From assembly GCA_028023455.1 (NCBI GenBank), contig JAQFVV010000003.1, forward strand, positions 7,316,001-7,380,000: 64,000 nucleotides of DNA, written 5' to 3'. The notes beneath the pieces are model-generated. The model worked only from the letters and a program-made list of their open reading frames with translations, did not search any database and was not told the DNA's origin. The DNA comes from Epiperipatus broadwayi. Its lineage: Eukaryota; Animalia; Onychophora. Each line of letters starts with the position of its first letter. Within the stretch, counting starts at the first letter, position 1. Positions 25,101-39,208 of this stretch are shown here, piece by piece. Both the position numbers and the translations under genes were made by a program.

Positions 25101-27311
25101 TTAAGTTAATTTTAGACAGATCACTTAAACAAGCATTAAACTTTTGAAACAAAACATCTGTACAAATTATGTATATAATAAATTTTTGAATTTTAATATA
25201 TATGTAATCAGCACTTTTGACTAAAAAATATTTTTATTTTAAATTTAAAAATATCCACCCCCATCCTCGTTCTAATTTTATTAAAATTTTGATTATAAGT
25301 ATACATTTTGTAATTAAAAAAATGTTAAAGCAATCTTTTATCATGGATTTCACAATCATGTATGTGAAATATTTTTCATAGTAAATTACTAATAAAGATT
25401 TTTATATTGAAACCGTTTAAATATTAATATTTTTATTAAAGAATAAATAATCAAATGGTGTTACTGCATGAGAGTTCATAAATTCTAGCACCAGAATATA
25501 GAATTAAAATCACTCCAAGAATCTTATCCTCCAGAGTCTAATAATCTACCACAACACTAAACTAAGCAGGACAATATTTTTATTAGAATTTGTTATGCGG
25601 AGAAAAAAAAAAGTCAGTAAAATAGAAAATGGAGTAAGTGTAACAAGAATGAATGTTTATATATATATTAATAGGAAGCAGTAACACTCAAAAATCATAT
25701 GAGCATATTTGGTGGCTAATTTTGATAGAAAGTTAAAATAATAGCTGTAGTCAAAGAAAGTGCTAATGTAGAATAGCATGCTATTATACAATTATTGTGG
25801 GAAAAAGACTTTCTAAAAATACTTCTTGTTTATGTTGGAATGTTTGTTATATCAAGCTATTTATGGTTTGGTTGCAAACATTCTATTGGTGAAGAAGAGA
25901 TTGAAAAGTAGATAAATGGCTAAAACAAAAGACAAATGATAAATTGTGAAGAAATTTTGAGAGAATCATATTATGGTATAAATATATCAATGATAATAAG
26001 AATTGTTGAAAAGTAAATGTATTTTTAGATTCGTATCTTATTTTTTATGCCTGAAAAGCTTCAAGTTTGGTAAATTAATTGATTTTGCAAAGATATGTCA
26101 TCCACAAATGGAAACTGAAATAGCTATGTTTACTTATTAGTTATAAGAAAATTCAGATTTCTGAATATTAAAAAGAAATTAACTGTTTAACTTTTAATGA
26201 TTATGATGATGTGGTTTAAAACATTTTTGCTTCTAAGTAAAAAAAAATTGTACGTAGGGAATATGGCCAGAGACTCTATCAGCTAAGTTAAACATTGCCT
26301 CCCTTGAGACCATTACATACCTCTACAAAATCATCTACTTCTTTCCTCTTTTTACCACTCTCTTTCAATATACCATCATCAGATTATTCTCCCAGCACTG
26401 GTGCATTCCTTTTTCTTCTCTTTTCCTCATTTAGTTTTATTATTTTCAATAATTTATCTTCATATTCCCTATTTATATCATAAAAATCTAAATAAAAAAG
26501 CAAAACATCTCTACCTCTTTCAACATTCTACACCAAAAATAAATATTCAATATCTTTTCTCTCCCATCTTCAAATAAATCAAATCTATAGTTTAATCATA
26601 TTTTTATTTTCTTTCCTTGATGTCCAAAGCATATATGCTTGCAGCAAATACTGTTAATCCACATCCTTTTATATATTTTTTATTCTTATACTATTCTTTT
26701 TTTTATAAATTCATTTTCATTTTCCAAAATTTTATTTTACTTTGTCTCTAATTTAATTATCTATTTTCTTTCTCAATGATTAAGGAACTCTTAAATATTC
26801 TCTAAACTTTTTATCCCATTTTTTAATTGTTTTAGATACATATTTCTCTGCCCATTAATATATTATAAAAATTTTCTATTATCTAGTTAAACACTATTTT
26901 TATACGTGAAATTATAAAATAATTGTGATTTCTATTTTTATTTATTGGCATTTATATAAAAAATTATTTATTCATTGGAGATATACAAAAGCATCTATTC
27001 CTGTGACTAATTTTGTAGTTAATCAGAAAATATACTATTGTTTCCTTTCAATGCTACTTTATTCTGCTATGTTATCCAAATTAATCATTTAAAAGTTACA
27101 AGACTAAGACAACCCGAAACAATTTTCTTATCCACCTATGTATATTAATAATTCAATTATAAGCCAATTGTAAAAATGAACACAAGAATAAATGCACTGA
27201 CAATTCATTGAAATATAAGTAATAACTGATTTAAAAAAATAAAAATAACAAAATCTGGTGTCATTTTGACCTCTAGTATCCATTCTCTAAACCAATACTT
27301 AGTTAATTATC

Positions 27312-27340
27312 AATCAGATGGAGATCTTCTCCATCTGATT
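27312..27340. repeat. Perfect 13-bp hairpin
   Basis: AATCAGATGGAGA-TCT-TCTCCATCTGATT. Confidence 0.85.
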
Positions 27341-29599
27341 TAGAAAACTAAGCAATTGGTGCCATGATAGATGGTTTATTTCAATGAATCTTTAGCATAA
27401 AATCTGAGATTTATATTTATTACTAATATATCATAAATATTATCTCAAATACTTATGAACATAAGATTAATGCAGTTCCAGATTAAAATACTTGTAGCAT
27501 TAAAAAATGAATCCTGTTTCAAATATGACAGTAAGGGGAATTTGATGTTTCTTCTTTTGAAGCAGCTACTAAGTTTCATTATCTGTTAAACACAAATTGC
27601 TGATTTCAATTTTCAAGCTTAAAATGTTATATTAGGGAATTCCCTTATGTTGTGAATATGAGTAATTCTCTTCCTGGTTTCATTTTTAAAAAAAAAAAGC
27701 ATCTTGATTGGTTGATGTCATTCTCTGCTTGATTCAACAATAAAATAAATATAGATCTGCATAAGCAATATAAAAATTTAAAGTTAGAAGTTCAATGACT
27801 GATAAGATTTAAAAATGAGTTGAGAATTAAAACTGTAAAAGAGATTCAGTCATACTTTAAATTTCTTTTTTTTTTTTTATTGTTGAAAATATTCTAGTTA
27901 TTTATTTTGGATATATTATAACAATAAAGACAGCAGCATTTAATAAGATATTTATCATATTAACACATTCAAATATGGTTGGAGATATGAAGTTCAAACC
28001 TCCCATTTGCAATCTTAAAAAATAAAAGTGTTTGTCTGAAATTATGTGATAATGGCATTTTACTTGTAGTTATATGTTAAATTATTTCCATTATCTAGTT
28101 TAATTTTAACTGCTTCTAGAAAAATTCAAACATTACTTATACTCTTCCAAATATATCCAGATATTAGCAATAGCATATAAGTCAGTACAGAACATAGCAT
28201 TTTAAGTAATGTTTTCCTTTTTCTTTTTCCAAGTGTTTTGACTTGACCAATAATAGTCTAGCATGGGAGTTGGATCATACCTTTAGATTTACAATGATGT
28301 TCTAACCCCATAAGCTATTCTCTATTGCTTTAAATTTAGTATTCACAAATCTAAAGGTTACTGGTACAACTCTCATGTTAATCTCTCATTGACCAAGTAA
28401 GAAATACCTGAAAAAGAAAGGGAAAAAATACCACTCGAAATATTGTCTATATAATATTTGCTTTTTGAAGAGGATATTCAGCTCCAAAAGAGCATTTAAG
28501 GAATTTAAATATTAAGTACTTTTAAATTTTTATAAGAAGCAATTATATTAATGCATTAAATTATTACTAACAGTTGAATGTATGTTGAAAAAATATAAAT
28601 CAAGTTTGAATTTTTCTAAAAACATTTAATAATTCAATTACTTGATAGAAATATATAACACATAACTATAACTTAAAAATTGAAGTTTTTAAGTTTTTTT
28701 ACTAAGATGAATTTTTTTAAACATAGTAAGTATAACACATTATCTTCAAAATTATTAGATTTTTTTTTAAGAATATATAAACCCATGAAGTTGTCCACCA
28801 GGTTTTAAGAATGCTTCTATGTTATTATTATATAAAAATATCATCAATTTTTAATTCCAGAAAGTCATAGAGGCAAAATGTAAAGCACTCAACTGTCCAT
28901 CTCCATACATCATAATTTTAGACAATAGATAATGTTTCATAAAATCCATGATTGATAATGTACCTAAACTAATCTTCCCATCATATTGAGAAACAATCAT
29001 GTTTATGATAGATCTCCATCCACCCACTCCAACCCCCAATGTCAAGCTTATTTATAGTATTGAGTTTTCTCATCATGTCTTAAATGACGTTACTCAATAC
29101 TATTTACCTAGATGGGCTTGGCCGCTTGATGCATTCTTGCCAACCAAAAACAATCAAATGTAACATTACTGGGCCAGCCTGTAATTTTTTTTACAAAACC
29201 ATTATTTTTCCAATAGGTATGTTTTTTTTAATTAATTTTTTTATTTGTATTACCTTTTTAATAACAAAGTGTTTTAAAATAGAATAAAATATTTATTACA
29301 ACCAATAATAACTAACACAAAAACTTTTTACTTTTTAAACATTTGTTTTACTTTTTTTTTTTTTTTTTGCTTGCTTTTATTGACTTTTGAAAATCAAATG
29401 GGAAGGGATTTTTTTTTGGGGGGGGGAGGGGGCTTTTTTGGTCAACAACAAGAAACTTTTAAAACTCAAAATATTTTTTACAACTAATAACAACTAAGTA
29501 ACACAAAAACTTAATCAAATGACAAGATTTTCTTTTTCCAAACAAACCTACCCCCCCCCACTTGCCAACAAATAACAACAAACTTCAAATCACAAACAG

Positions 29600-30200
29600 A
29601 ATGTCCAACAGTCTACATTCACTTCTCTTTTATGGGGACAGCCATCTCCGATAGGATGCATAGGAACAGGTCTTTGTCATTGTTCAGTCATCACCACATA
29701 AACTCTGACAGGTAGTTGTCCAGCAATTTCCTGCAAGTTCTGTACTCTTTAAGGTACCAACACTTCAGCAGGCCCCAAGAATGTTCAACATTCTATGTAT
29801 GAGTGCCTGTCATTGGGTCCACAAAGTAAGGTGGTGGAACATCCATTCAATGAGGGTTTTTTGGCTAATGCCCAGTTCTGAACTAATGGCTTGGAGAGTC
29901 AGCTGCTTGTGGCTCCTCCAACCAACTGCTGTTGCAAATGGAACACCTTTGCTGGCAGGAGACAGACTTACAGCTGAACTGATATATTTTTTTAAAAGTG
30001 TACAACTAGTCTGTTTATGGAGATTCCAAAAGTTGTGGCCACTGAAAATCAAGACACCCTCACACAAGACTGTAACCAACTGTGAATTGTGCAGATTCCC
30101 AGAAAGTGTCATAAAGCAGAAAGCAGGCCGTATTTCTGTGCAATGCCTTCAAGTGGCCAAGCCCACCAAAAAATTAGGAATTCATATTTTCTACCAATGT
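29600..30200 (-). mobile_element. Internally deleted Merlin (IS1595/ISXO2-like) DNA transposon
   Basis: ELGISQKTLIEW is followed almost directly by FVDPMTGTHT*NVEHSWGLLK...LDNYLSEFMW...DKDLFLCIL, the Merlin C-terminal motif. No TIRs were located. Confidence 0.75.
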
Positions 30201-31080
30201 AAGTGATAATATAAGAAATAAAGCCATTGATTAACTTTAATATGTTGATCTTTGAAATGCTTCATCTTTTTCATATTTTAGATAGTTCTGTCATTGTTGT
30301 TCTTGCTATCATTTTTTTTTATATAAAGATCTCGAAAATACTGCAGATATCATTATTATAATAATATTGTTATTGACTATAAACATTAGATTTTATTGAA
30401 CATGGATTTTTTTCCCCAAAAATAAATGAGCAATTAACTCACAACAGTTTTAGAGAATTATAAAGCATACGAAAGATATGGTTTTGTTGTTAGAAAAAGT
30501 ATCACCACAAAGATGTGATTTATTTATTGCTTTTATCAATTTGTTACTATTAACTAAATAATTTAACTCAGGAGATTATATAATATTTGAACACCAGCAC
30601 CAGCAGAGTCAAGTTGTAATCTATGGACCTTCAGTTCTTTAATGTGACATTTTACCACTGCATAAAACTATGCAGAGCATCAATTTTATCAAGGAATTTG
30701 ATTCAATTCAAAACTCTGTGGTAATATTTGAAAGTATACCTGTTTGTTCACAATTTATTTATATTACAGCTGCTATGATAGTATAAAGGAAAGAATTACT
30801 ATTAGTGGGCAAATCAGAGGCATTTGAAATAAAAGTTTTTTGCTTCTATTTTAAAGATGGAAATTTTTGAAACAATTTATCATAGGTTGTATTTTTATAT
30901 TGGACTATTTTCATTATCTAATATGAGTATTGAATGTCTTTAAAAAAAAATTAACTTTATTTAAATATCCCAAATACATTCAACTATTAGTAATAGCACA
31001 TCAATCAGGTTAGTATATGCTAAACATTTCAAATGGTATTATTCTCTCTTCTTATTGCTGGCCTGACCAATGACAGTGCT

Positions 31081-31160
31081 ATCATGGGATTCGAACCTAA
31101 ACCCTTAGATTCTTGAATATTGAATTTTAAGGTAATGGTCTAACCAGTTTATCATAGGCT
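31081..31160 (-). mobile_element. Possible tRNA-derived SINE head
   Basis: Box B-like GGTTCGAATCC and upstream box A-like TAAACTGGTTAGA on the - strand. No cloverleaf. Confidence 0.35.
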
Positions 31161-32431
31161 TTGTAACGCATGCACCAAAATGCAATGTAGATTCAATGGT
31201 GAGAATTTTAATTTGAAATGATTAAAAGCAAAAACAAAACCTCATCTTTGACGTCCCAGATTTACAGAATCCTGATGATTTGTACAATTTTTGCCCATTA
31301 GTGCAAGGAAAGAGTGGTGGATTCTAAAGTTCAAGGTCCACAAATCATGGCTTATCTGCCAATTATCTCAAACTTCTTATGAATTCCTGAGTAATAAACT
31401 ATTCAATTATTTTTGTTAAAAATATGATCTATAAAAAGTTAAATTTACTCAGACAGTATTTATTAGCCAGTGATGAAAAAAAAAACTCTTCAGAAACTTT
31501 TTTTGGCTCTGGCAGTTAATGTGGATCTGTTTAAATATTTTGGTAAGTTTTTTAAGTATAAAAGCAGACTTTGATGTTAAGATTCAACATAAGGCTCAAA
31601 TGTGGTGTTAGTGCATTTGACAAGATAAAGGTAAGATGTTTCATTATAAGCAACTAAATTTGTCATTTCCCTTATAAAAACTTCTAATAAAAGCTTATTT
31701 TGTTCCAAAAATTAAAAATGCACTCTCTGAGTTTTTACAGTTGAATGTTTTGAAATCATTTATAAAATTAATGGAAAATAAAGTTTATTAAATGGAAGTG
31801 AGTTATTGATCCTTTATTATTGTAACCTAAGGACACAGAAAAATTTTCAGTTAAAAAAATGTTCCACAATATTCTAAAAATATAATAAGAATAATTAGTA
31901 TTTTCTCAGCTTGCTGGATATGCTGATAATGAATCTATTATAAGTAAATATTTTCATTGGATTGAGCATATATATGATATAGATGACGAGTAGTAGACAT
32001 TCTTTAAAAGTATTGAAGATAAGTTTGGCATCAATTTTAATGAGCTGAGAACATTCTCACGTTATGAAAATTATCTAGAAAATACTTTTAAAATGGCGTA
32101 ATATCAAAAGTTTTCATTCGGAGAATATGGTTGAGAAAATTCGCCGCAAAGAAATTAAAAAATAACTACTGCAAGATGAGAAATAAAATGATTAAAAATT
32201 AGCATGTGATATACGCTAGCTTATCTGTGTTCCAGATTGATTAGTATAGTGATCGCAAAACTCATCTTTTTTGTTTATGAAGTGCTATATTCATTTATGA
32301 ATAACTGCTAATATATATATTTTTTTAACTATATAATAAATTTTTAGAAAAAAATTTATTGGGTGTTTTTTGTCGCGGCTGTATTTCTTTCGGAAAATCA
32401 TCGCCGATGCAATCACACGTAAGTCTAATAA

Positions 32432-32727
32432 TAATAATAATAAGTCAGATGTCACATGACTTATATATAGCTTGCAATTACCAATATGTAAACTTCAGAG
32501 CATGCTAACACTCTAAACAAGCTTTTTTTATTATGATAAATGCTACTACAAGAGAAGGCATTCAAATCATCTTTATCTTAGATTGTCCCCACATCCAGAC
32601 TGGTTTCGACCTGGATGTGGGGACAATCTAAGATAAAGATAATTTGAATGCCTTCTTTTGTAGTAGCATTTATCATAATAAAAAAAGCTTGTTTAGAGTG
32701 TTAGCATGCTCTTAAGTTTACATATTT
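32432..32727 (-). mobile_element. Fold-back element with half-hammerhead at the apex
   Basis: About 120-bp near-perfect arms (32478-32597 / 32612-32731). The loop reads GGUC-GAAAC-CA-GUC on -. 13-bp TSD GTAAGTCTAATAA at 32419-32431 and 32728-32740, plus a 46-nt unpaired tail. Confidence 0.85.
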
Positions 32728-33450
32728 GTAAGTCTAATAAGTAATAATCTAAATAAAGGGGAGGGGGGTATGCTATTAAATATTAAAAACAAACGTTTTA
32801 TTTTTCTAAAACTTTAAATACATCCCGTATTAGTTTAAATCAGATTTAGGCATGAACCATAGTATGCTGGTTCTTCACTATAAAATACTGTTTTAAAAAT
32901 AAAAAAAATGTGGGAGAATGGGAGTAAGAGAACGTGCGGGTGTAAAGAAATAATAAAAGGAAAATGGAAGAAATTCAAACAATTCCAAAAATTTATCAAA
33001 TAAAAATAACTTTTAAGTTTCAATTTATTGCTATATATTTTAGAAAATTAAGAAGTTATTTATTTAATATTTTGGTAAAGAAAACAATTAAAAAAATATT
33101 TACGATATAATTACTCCCAGACACAAATAAATACCCAACGAACTAAAAAATATAAATATATATCCGGTTTTTTTATTACCGAGAAATTAAGACTAGAATA
33201 CTCGACCGTAAAAATAATAATAATAGTAATAATCATAGGATGTAAATAACTCAAATATTAAACTACTGTTTATTTTACAATTGGCGATAAAACAATTATG
33301 CACAAGCTAATTAATATTTATACAGAACTAATTTAAATGAGAAGTAAATATTATTAATATCCGTATCAGAAGCACCCAGCAAGTGCTTCTAACCTAATTA
33401 TTAATCTTACAATATAAAGTTTCTCAGAAAATAAATGCTAAGTTATTTAC

Positions 33451-33656
33451 CTTTTTTAAAGTCTGCGGAGAACGGCAGCTAGCCAAAGAAAAGATGTGAA
33501 ATCAGTAAATAAACACTGCTTTCTTTTATGTATGTTTAGACAAAAGAATAACAAAAAATAATAAATAAATAAATTTAAGAAGTTCAAACGAGTAGCAATT
33601 CCAAAAGTAGAAACACCTTACTCTTCTGACGTCAAATATTTTTCGCGTACCGCCAT
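33451..33656 (-). CDS. Candidate first two coding exons of an unidentified host gene (33622-33656, 33451-33478)
   Basis: ATGGCG start, GTAAGG donor, pyrimidine-rich TAG acceptor and GTAAAT donor. Splices in frame to MAVREKYLTSEDCRSPQTLKK within a CpG-retaining region. No further exon was found. Confidence 0.3.
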
Positions 33657-33904
33657 CTCTAGAGACATAGCGAAATTAATAATTCTATTCCTAGCTTTTA
33701 TTTATTAATGCAATTTGAAAAAGATTTTCGAAGTCTTACAAGTTTTCTTTAATTATAAATATTAGGCATTAAAGTATTTACGAATTCAATATTACACTCC
33801 CCCCTTCCCCAATAAACAATAGGATAAAAATAATATTGAATGGAAATGGAGATTATGTATATAGAAATTTGCATAGTCTGAAAATGAATCTTCAGAACAA
33901 TTTA

Positions 33905-34165
33905 TTCATCATCAACCATTATCAATCCATTGCAGGATGAAGGTCTCTCCAAGTTTAATCCATCTTCTCCGATCTTTAGCTTCTCTTCTCCACAACACTC
34001 CTGCACATTTTCTTATTTCATCCATCCATCTCACATGCGGTCTCTTTCTGGATCTTTTACAATCTCTTAGAATCCAGTTTAAAATTTCAATTGTCTTTAT
34101 ATCTAGAATTCTTTGTAACGTAATCAGTGCATTTTTTAATCATGCTCATTGCCTGGAGTGCCCGT
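33905..34165 (-). mobile_element. 3' end of an RTE-clade LINE
   Basis: ILNWILRDCKRSRKRPHVRWMDEIRKCAGVLWRREAKDRRRWIKLGETFILQW*, followed by a TGATGA tail. Confidence 0.85.
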
Positions 34166-34904
34166 AGATTGGAAATTTTAAAAATTTTACTCCCAGTTAA
34201 GAATTTACTCAAATCAACTTAGAATTTTGAGTCATCTCATTGTCAACCCAGTCAAAATTATTTGGTGAACAAAAGATATAGAAATCAATGATATATATAT
34301 ATGTATTAAAGACTTTAAATATACAATAACGATCATGTGAATAGTCTACAGGAGATTATCTAACATTTGAGCACTAGCAATGATAGACTGAGCTTTGATC
34401 CAGAAATTTTGACTTCAAATATAGCTCTCTATGTTATGTACAGCTTTAAATACATTAAACCTTCAGATACATAGGACAAATATAGTATTGAGTCCTGAGA
34501 AACTCTAAAGACTAGTCAGGGAACTAAATAAAGAAACAATATACTTTGAAATGTATATATAATAAGATTTATTTAATAACAATAAAAATGTGGTAAAAGC
34601 AACATAAAATAGTAATAGTCCATTAATATTCATATGCTGTTTATTTTCCCCAGGTGAAAATAATCTTGTTCCACACCAGGAGTAATCCCGTTACTAATTA
34701 TTTGTGCTTTCGAATCAAATGTTTGTTGAAACGCAAATAACCATATCTAATTTCATCTATAGAATAAATCTATTAAAGTTAGCAATTTGAGTGCTTAAAT
34801 CAGTGCAGACAATTAATATATTATACATTAACTGTGCCAATTCTGTTGTGTTTGGTCTGAATTGCAGATTCAAACCAACAGTAACAAAAAATATGAAAAC
34901 CTGT

Positions 34905-35733
34905 AGTTTAATTAATATGATTTATTAGGATTAAATATATTTACATAATATACAATCAATGAATATACTGCCAGGTATATAGTCTCAATTAATGCAGAGA
35001 CAGTCATGCCTGAAGGACTCAACTCACTTCCAACTGTATGTAACAGCCTGCCTCATGAGTTTGTATAATGACTCTTCTGGCTGTACCAGACAGCTTGCCT
35101 CAAGTCAATTTTGGTCTTAGCAGCTTCCAATTCTATCATAGACTTGCCTCACTCCATAGACTGATAGTGTAGTGACTAGAAGGGAAACACTCACTGTTAG
35201 CAGAGGTTTCAAGGAGGATGCAACCATCGCTTAGGTTAGACAGATGCTCTCTGCCTTATCTCCAAAAAGACTGACTATTTATTGCCAAATCCACAACCTC
35301 ACTGGAAGCAATCATATTCAGAGAGCATCGCTACCTATTAGCCCATATTAACCATTGGCTGATTTTTATCTATCTGCTTGCTCATTGGCTATTGGTAGTG
35401 AATGCTTAATCCGATCAGATGAGAAAGAAATCTAGTCTAATCCATTCCTGAAGGTGTGGTGAAATATGACATAACGATCTCTGTTTTCAAATTTATTGGT
35501 TAAGCTTCAGTTAATTACTCTTTTCTGGTAATAACCTTTTCAGTACACAGACAAGGAGCTGCTTCTTGCTTGCCACTATTTCATTTTAGACTTAATCACT
35601 GCTAGTCAATCTACTAGTCTACCATTGATCATTCTTTACTGCTGATCTGCTATCACTTCAAATTAATATTAACTTTAATCCAGTCTAACCATTTTAGCTG
35701 CTTCTTCCCTCTTCTTCATTTATTGGGGGATAA
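34905..35733. repeat. Duplicated block A (second copy 54304-55128)
   Basis: About 830 bp, ~85% identical by eye, same orientation. Confidence 0.9.
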
Positions 35734-36699
35734 ATATTGAACCGGATGCTTTATCCGATTCAATGGTTTCATTGCCAAAAATGAAACCAACTTTTATTTT
35801 TATTAAATTTTTAAAGTTAAAAAGTTTAAAACTATTTAAAAGTTGTGTATAAGAGTACGTGCATTAACACACAATTATGTTTAAAATAGGTCATTTTATT
35901 TTTTTATATAAATTTGATGTTTTCTTTTACTGCTTCTTTTTACTTTCTTTTTTTTTTTTTGTCAAATTGATTAAAAGAAAGTCAACTTTTTAATTACATT
36001 CCTGTTTCTTTTATTTTAATTATAATCCAGTTTTAGTTTAATTTTAAAAGCAGAGATTTAATTTTGTGTTGTTGTTTTTTTTCTTTAAGTTAATCCCTGG
36101 TTAGAATTCTTAATTAAGGTTGAGCGGGAGATTAAGATTTGTCCTGGGCTAAGGTTTATGATTGAAAATCAAAAAAGTTTATGTGGGAGGTAGAGAGAGG
36201 ATATAAATAATCTAAAGATTTTTGAATATTTTAGATTATTCTTGGCTGGAACAAGTTTTCAAAGTGATAGATTCAGTTTTTAATAATTCCAATATTCATT
36301 TTCACACATTGATATTAGCCTGCTGAGATTCATACTGTGTTGTCAGTTTGGACATTTAATTTCTTTTTAAAATTTGCTGTCATAAGATATTAAAAATTCA
36401 CTGCTCTATGTATGCTAACCTATAATATGCCTTGCTAACTTAACTAAGGATGGACCTCTTGATTCCAAGCTGTTCTTACATCATGCCATGAAAGTCTAAA
36501 GTAAAAAGGTTCCCGAAATATGCCTCTACACTTGCCACCATAAAGAAATGAAAACACTGGAAATTTGGAACTTAAAATAAAAGTGCACACTCTTTGAAAA
36601 ACTACATGAACTCTGCTTTATCATAAGGTATAATTATTTCTTGTTCTTTACAGGGTAAATAAATCTTTTAATTAAATCTCTGCTCAATCTAAAAATAAA

Positions 36700-37900
36700 T
36701 CTGTGGTTTGAATAATATTTAATCTCATAGTTATTATCGTATTTGCTTTTCATTGTATTTATAGTGTGTCTTGGAATCTTAGTTTTAGGATTTCAAGTTT
36801 GCTTTCAATTTTATTTATTGGAGAGTGTATTGTGAGGTTATATTTTATATGCTTAATATGTCTCCCTTTATTTTACTAACTATTGCTAAATGCTTTGGCA
36901 GTCTTTCATAAATTTTAGTTTGATCATCTGTCCCTATTTTATCCTCCAATAATTAATTTAAATTACTGTGTTTGTGCTTATTGTAAACCATAAATCTTTT
37001 GGCTGCTGGTTTATTGTGTTTATTGTTCTAGTTTTCTGTGGTTGGAGATTTTGTTTCTTCTTTTCTAGATTATGTAAGATCGTAATCATATTTTTCTTTT
37101 GTCTTGTATGTGAAATCAACCATGAATTACCTTAAAAGTGGTGTATCATGGGCTGTCCTGCTGGAAAAATGATGTTCTTGTCTAATGAATTATTCCAGAC
37201 CAAGAAATATTCACCAACATCTTTTCATTGATTTCCTACAAAACCATGTTGTTTCCATATTTCTGAATTAGAAAACTAGAATTGTTGTTCTGTTATAAAT
37301 CGCCAGCAGGAAGATATGATTAATCCCTTTTAAATTGTATGTGATAGAATGTTTCTTTCTGCTAAAGCATTTAATGTTTTAATATTTTCAGCTCATATAC
37401 ACTCTCTGATGAATTAGCTTATAAAATCTAGGTCAAGCTTTAGTATTTTGTTTGCTAGATTTATTTTATCTTTTATTTTTTGCTTTAAATTTATTTGTCA
37501 GAGCATGTACTGGGAATTTAGTTTGTAAAGTTACTTGTAATTTTAATTATTTCACTATCCTGATAAACGCTTGGGCAGATATAAGTAGTTTTTAATTACT
37601 TACCGGTCTCCTATTGAGATTTCTAATTATTATACACAGCTTAGTTATGGCCAATCATTTAGTTGATGATTCCCCAGTTTTAAATGTCAGTTTTCCTTAA
37701 ATCAGATATTTAATGTTTTATTAATTTTAAATCATTTATGCCAGAATATTTTCTAATTTTACTATTTCGGTGATTTAAGTTTTCTCCCGTTTTATAATTC
37801 ATACTCCATCATATTCATTTACCATTTGTGTTCTTGCATTGTAATCAACTTTGGTAATCTCAAAAGTGATTAGCCATGCAGTAATCCTGTGGACATTATG
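36700..37900 (-). mobile_element. Possible highly decayed APE-endonuclease region of a LINE
   Basis: Fragments ETFY...AGDL, KYG...NEKMLVN...SFFQ resemble the RTE-type endonuclease. Many stops and frameshifts. Confidence 0.4.
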
Positions 37901-38404
37901 ATGTCATTAGTCAATAAGCTAGTGATCACTCACCCATGCTGGTTTCATTGATTAATGCAAGAAAGTTTCATTGTTTTTTTCATTTAGAACTTTTGAATAA
38001 GGAAACCAAAATTGTGTGGATGAATTATCAGCTGAAGGAAACTCCTTCCCTCCTTTGTAATTCCCTATTAGAAAATTAGACTGTCTGCCAGAGCATTGAC
38101 ATTTTGTTCTTGTTAGTATATGCCTGATATAATCATGTTTATTGTGCATAAATCTCTATGAGTGAAAATTCTATATTACTCTTAATAAAACTTCAAATTA
38201 GTTTAAAATTATTTTGCTGATGTTTGTCTTAGTGCTTTTATTTCTTAATTGTCTGAACAATATTTAAGATGTCTTGCTTTCTCCCTGAGTTCTAGTCGGT
38301 GCAAACCATCATCCCCATCCATTTTTGATCATAATAAACAAATTTTCCAGATATGCAGTGATCTGGTGGTCCCCTCCATGATCAAAGGGGATTGAGTGAC
38401 CATC

Positions 38405-38407
<3 letters not shown>

Positions 38408-38470
<63 letters not shown>
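38408..38470. repeat. (TA)n microsatellite
   Basis: About 31 pure TA units. Confidence 0.95.
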
Positions 38471-38475
<5 letters not shown>

Positions 38476-38477
38476 AG

Positions 38478-38980
38478 ATATAATTTGTATGAAACTAGCT
38501 TTATTTGTATACAAAGATCTATAATTTTGGGATGATCTCTCCAGCAAATTTCTAAAGTAAATTTGTCCAATAAAGGGAATGTTGTTAAAGTGAAGAAATC
38601 CATGCACATTTACAAAAAGAAATAGTTTTTTGTTTACATATACAGTTTTATATATGTGGACATTTTATATAGTCAACCAAATAATAAGGATTATAATAAT
38701 CATCATAATTGGACTTCTAGACAATATATACTCTAAGAGAGATACTAGAATTTTTTCTCCTGAAGTTTTATTTTTTTACTTAAAAAGGAATATTTGAATC
38801 ATGTGACTATCAACTGACATTATTGATGTTTTTGTTTCCTATTATGACTTTGTGTTCCTGGAGTATTAATAGATGGTATGCCACCATATTTAACATATGC
38901 TTTTAGTAACAGTAATTATTCTACTTACTCTAGATAATAATTAATGTGAGGTATAGCTGCAAATTTAAAATTTCTCATTA
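38478..38980. repeat. Duplicated block B (second copy 55145-55640)
   Basis: About 500 bp, highly similar, same orientation. Confidence 0.9.
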
Positions 38981-39208
38981 ATATTTAGTATCCACTGATT
39001 ACTTAAATTTTTAATAGCCCCTCCCCCATAGTATATATATATAATTAATTAAAAACAGTCAACACTTAGACAATCCCAATATCAATAACAATCAACAATT
39101 TCAAGCTGTTGTCAAGGCAACCTTCTCTTAAGAATAATGGTCTAATATACATGTATAGATACTAAAGATTGATACAAAGAAGTTTAATAAATTTCTTTAA
39201 ACATATAT

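Noticed and set aside
28230-28420. Strong minus-strand splice acceptor (TTTCTTTTTCAG)
   Set aside because: All three frames stop shortly downstream and no donor gives an open exon.
38329-38609. ORFs with IYIYIY runs
   Set aside because: These are translations of the (TA)n microsatellite.
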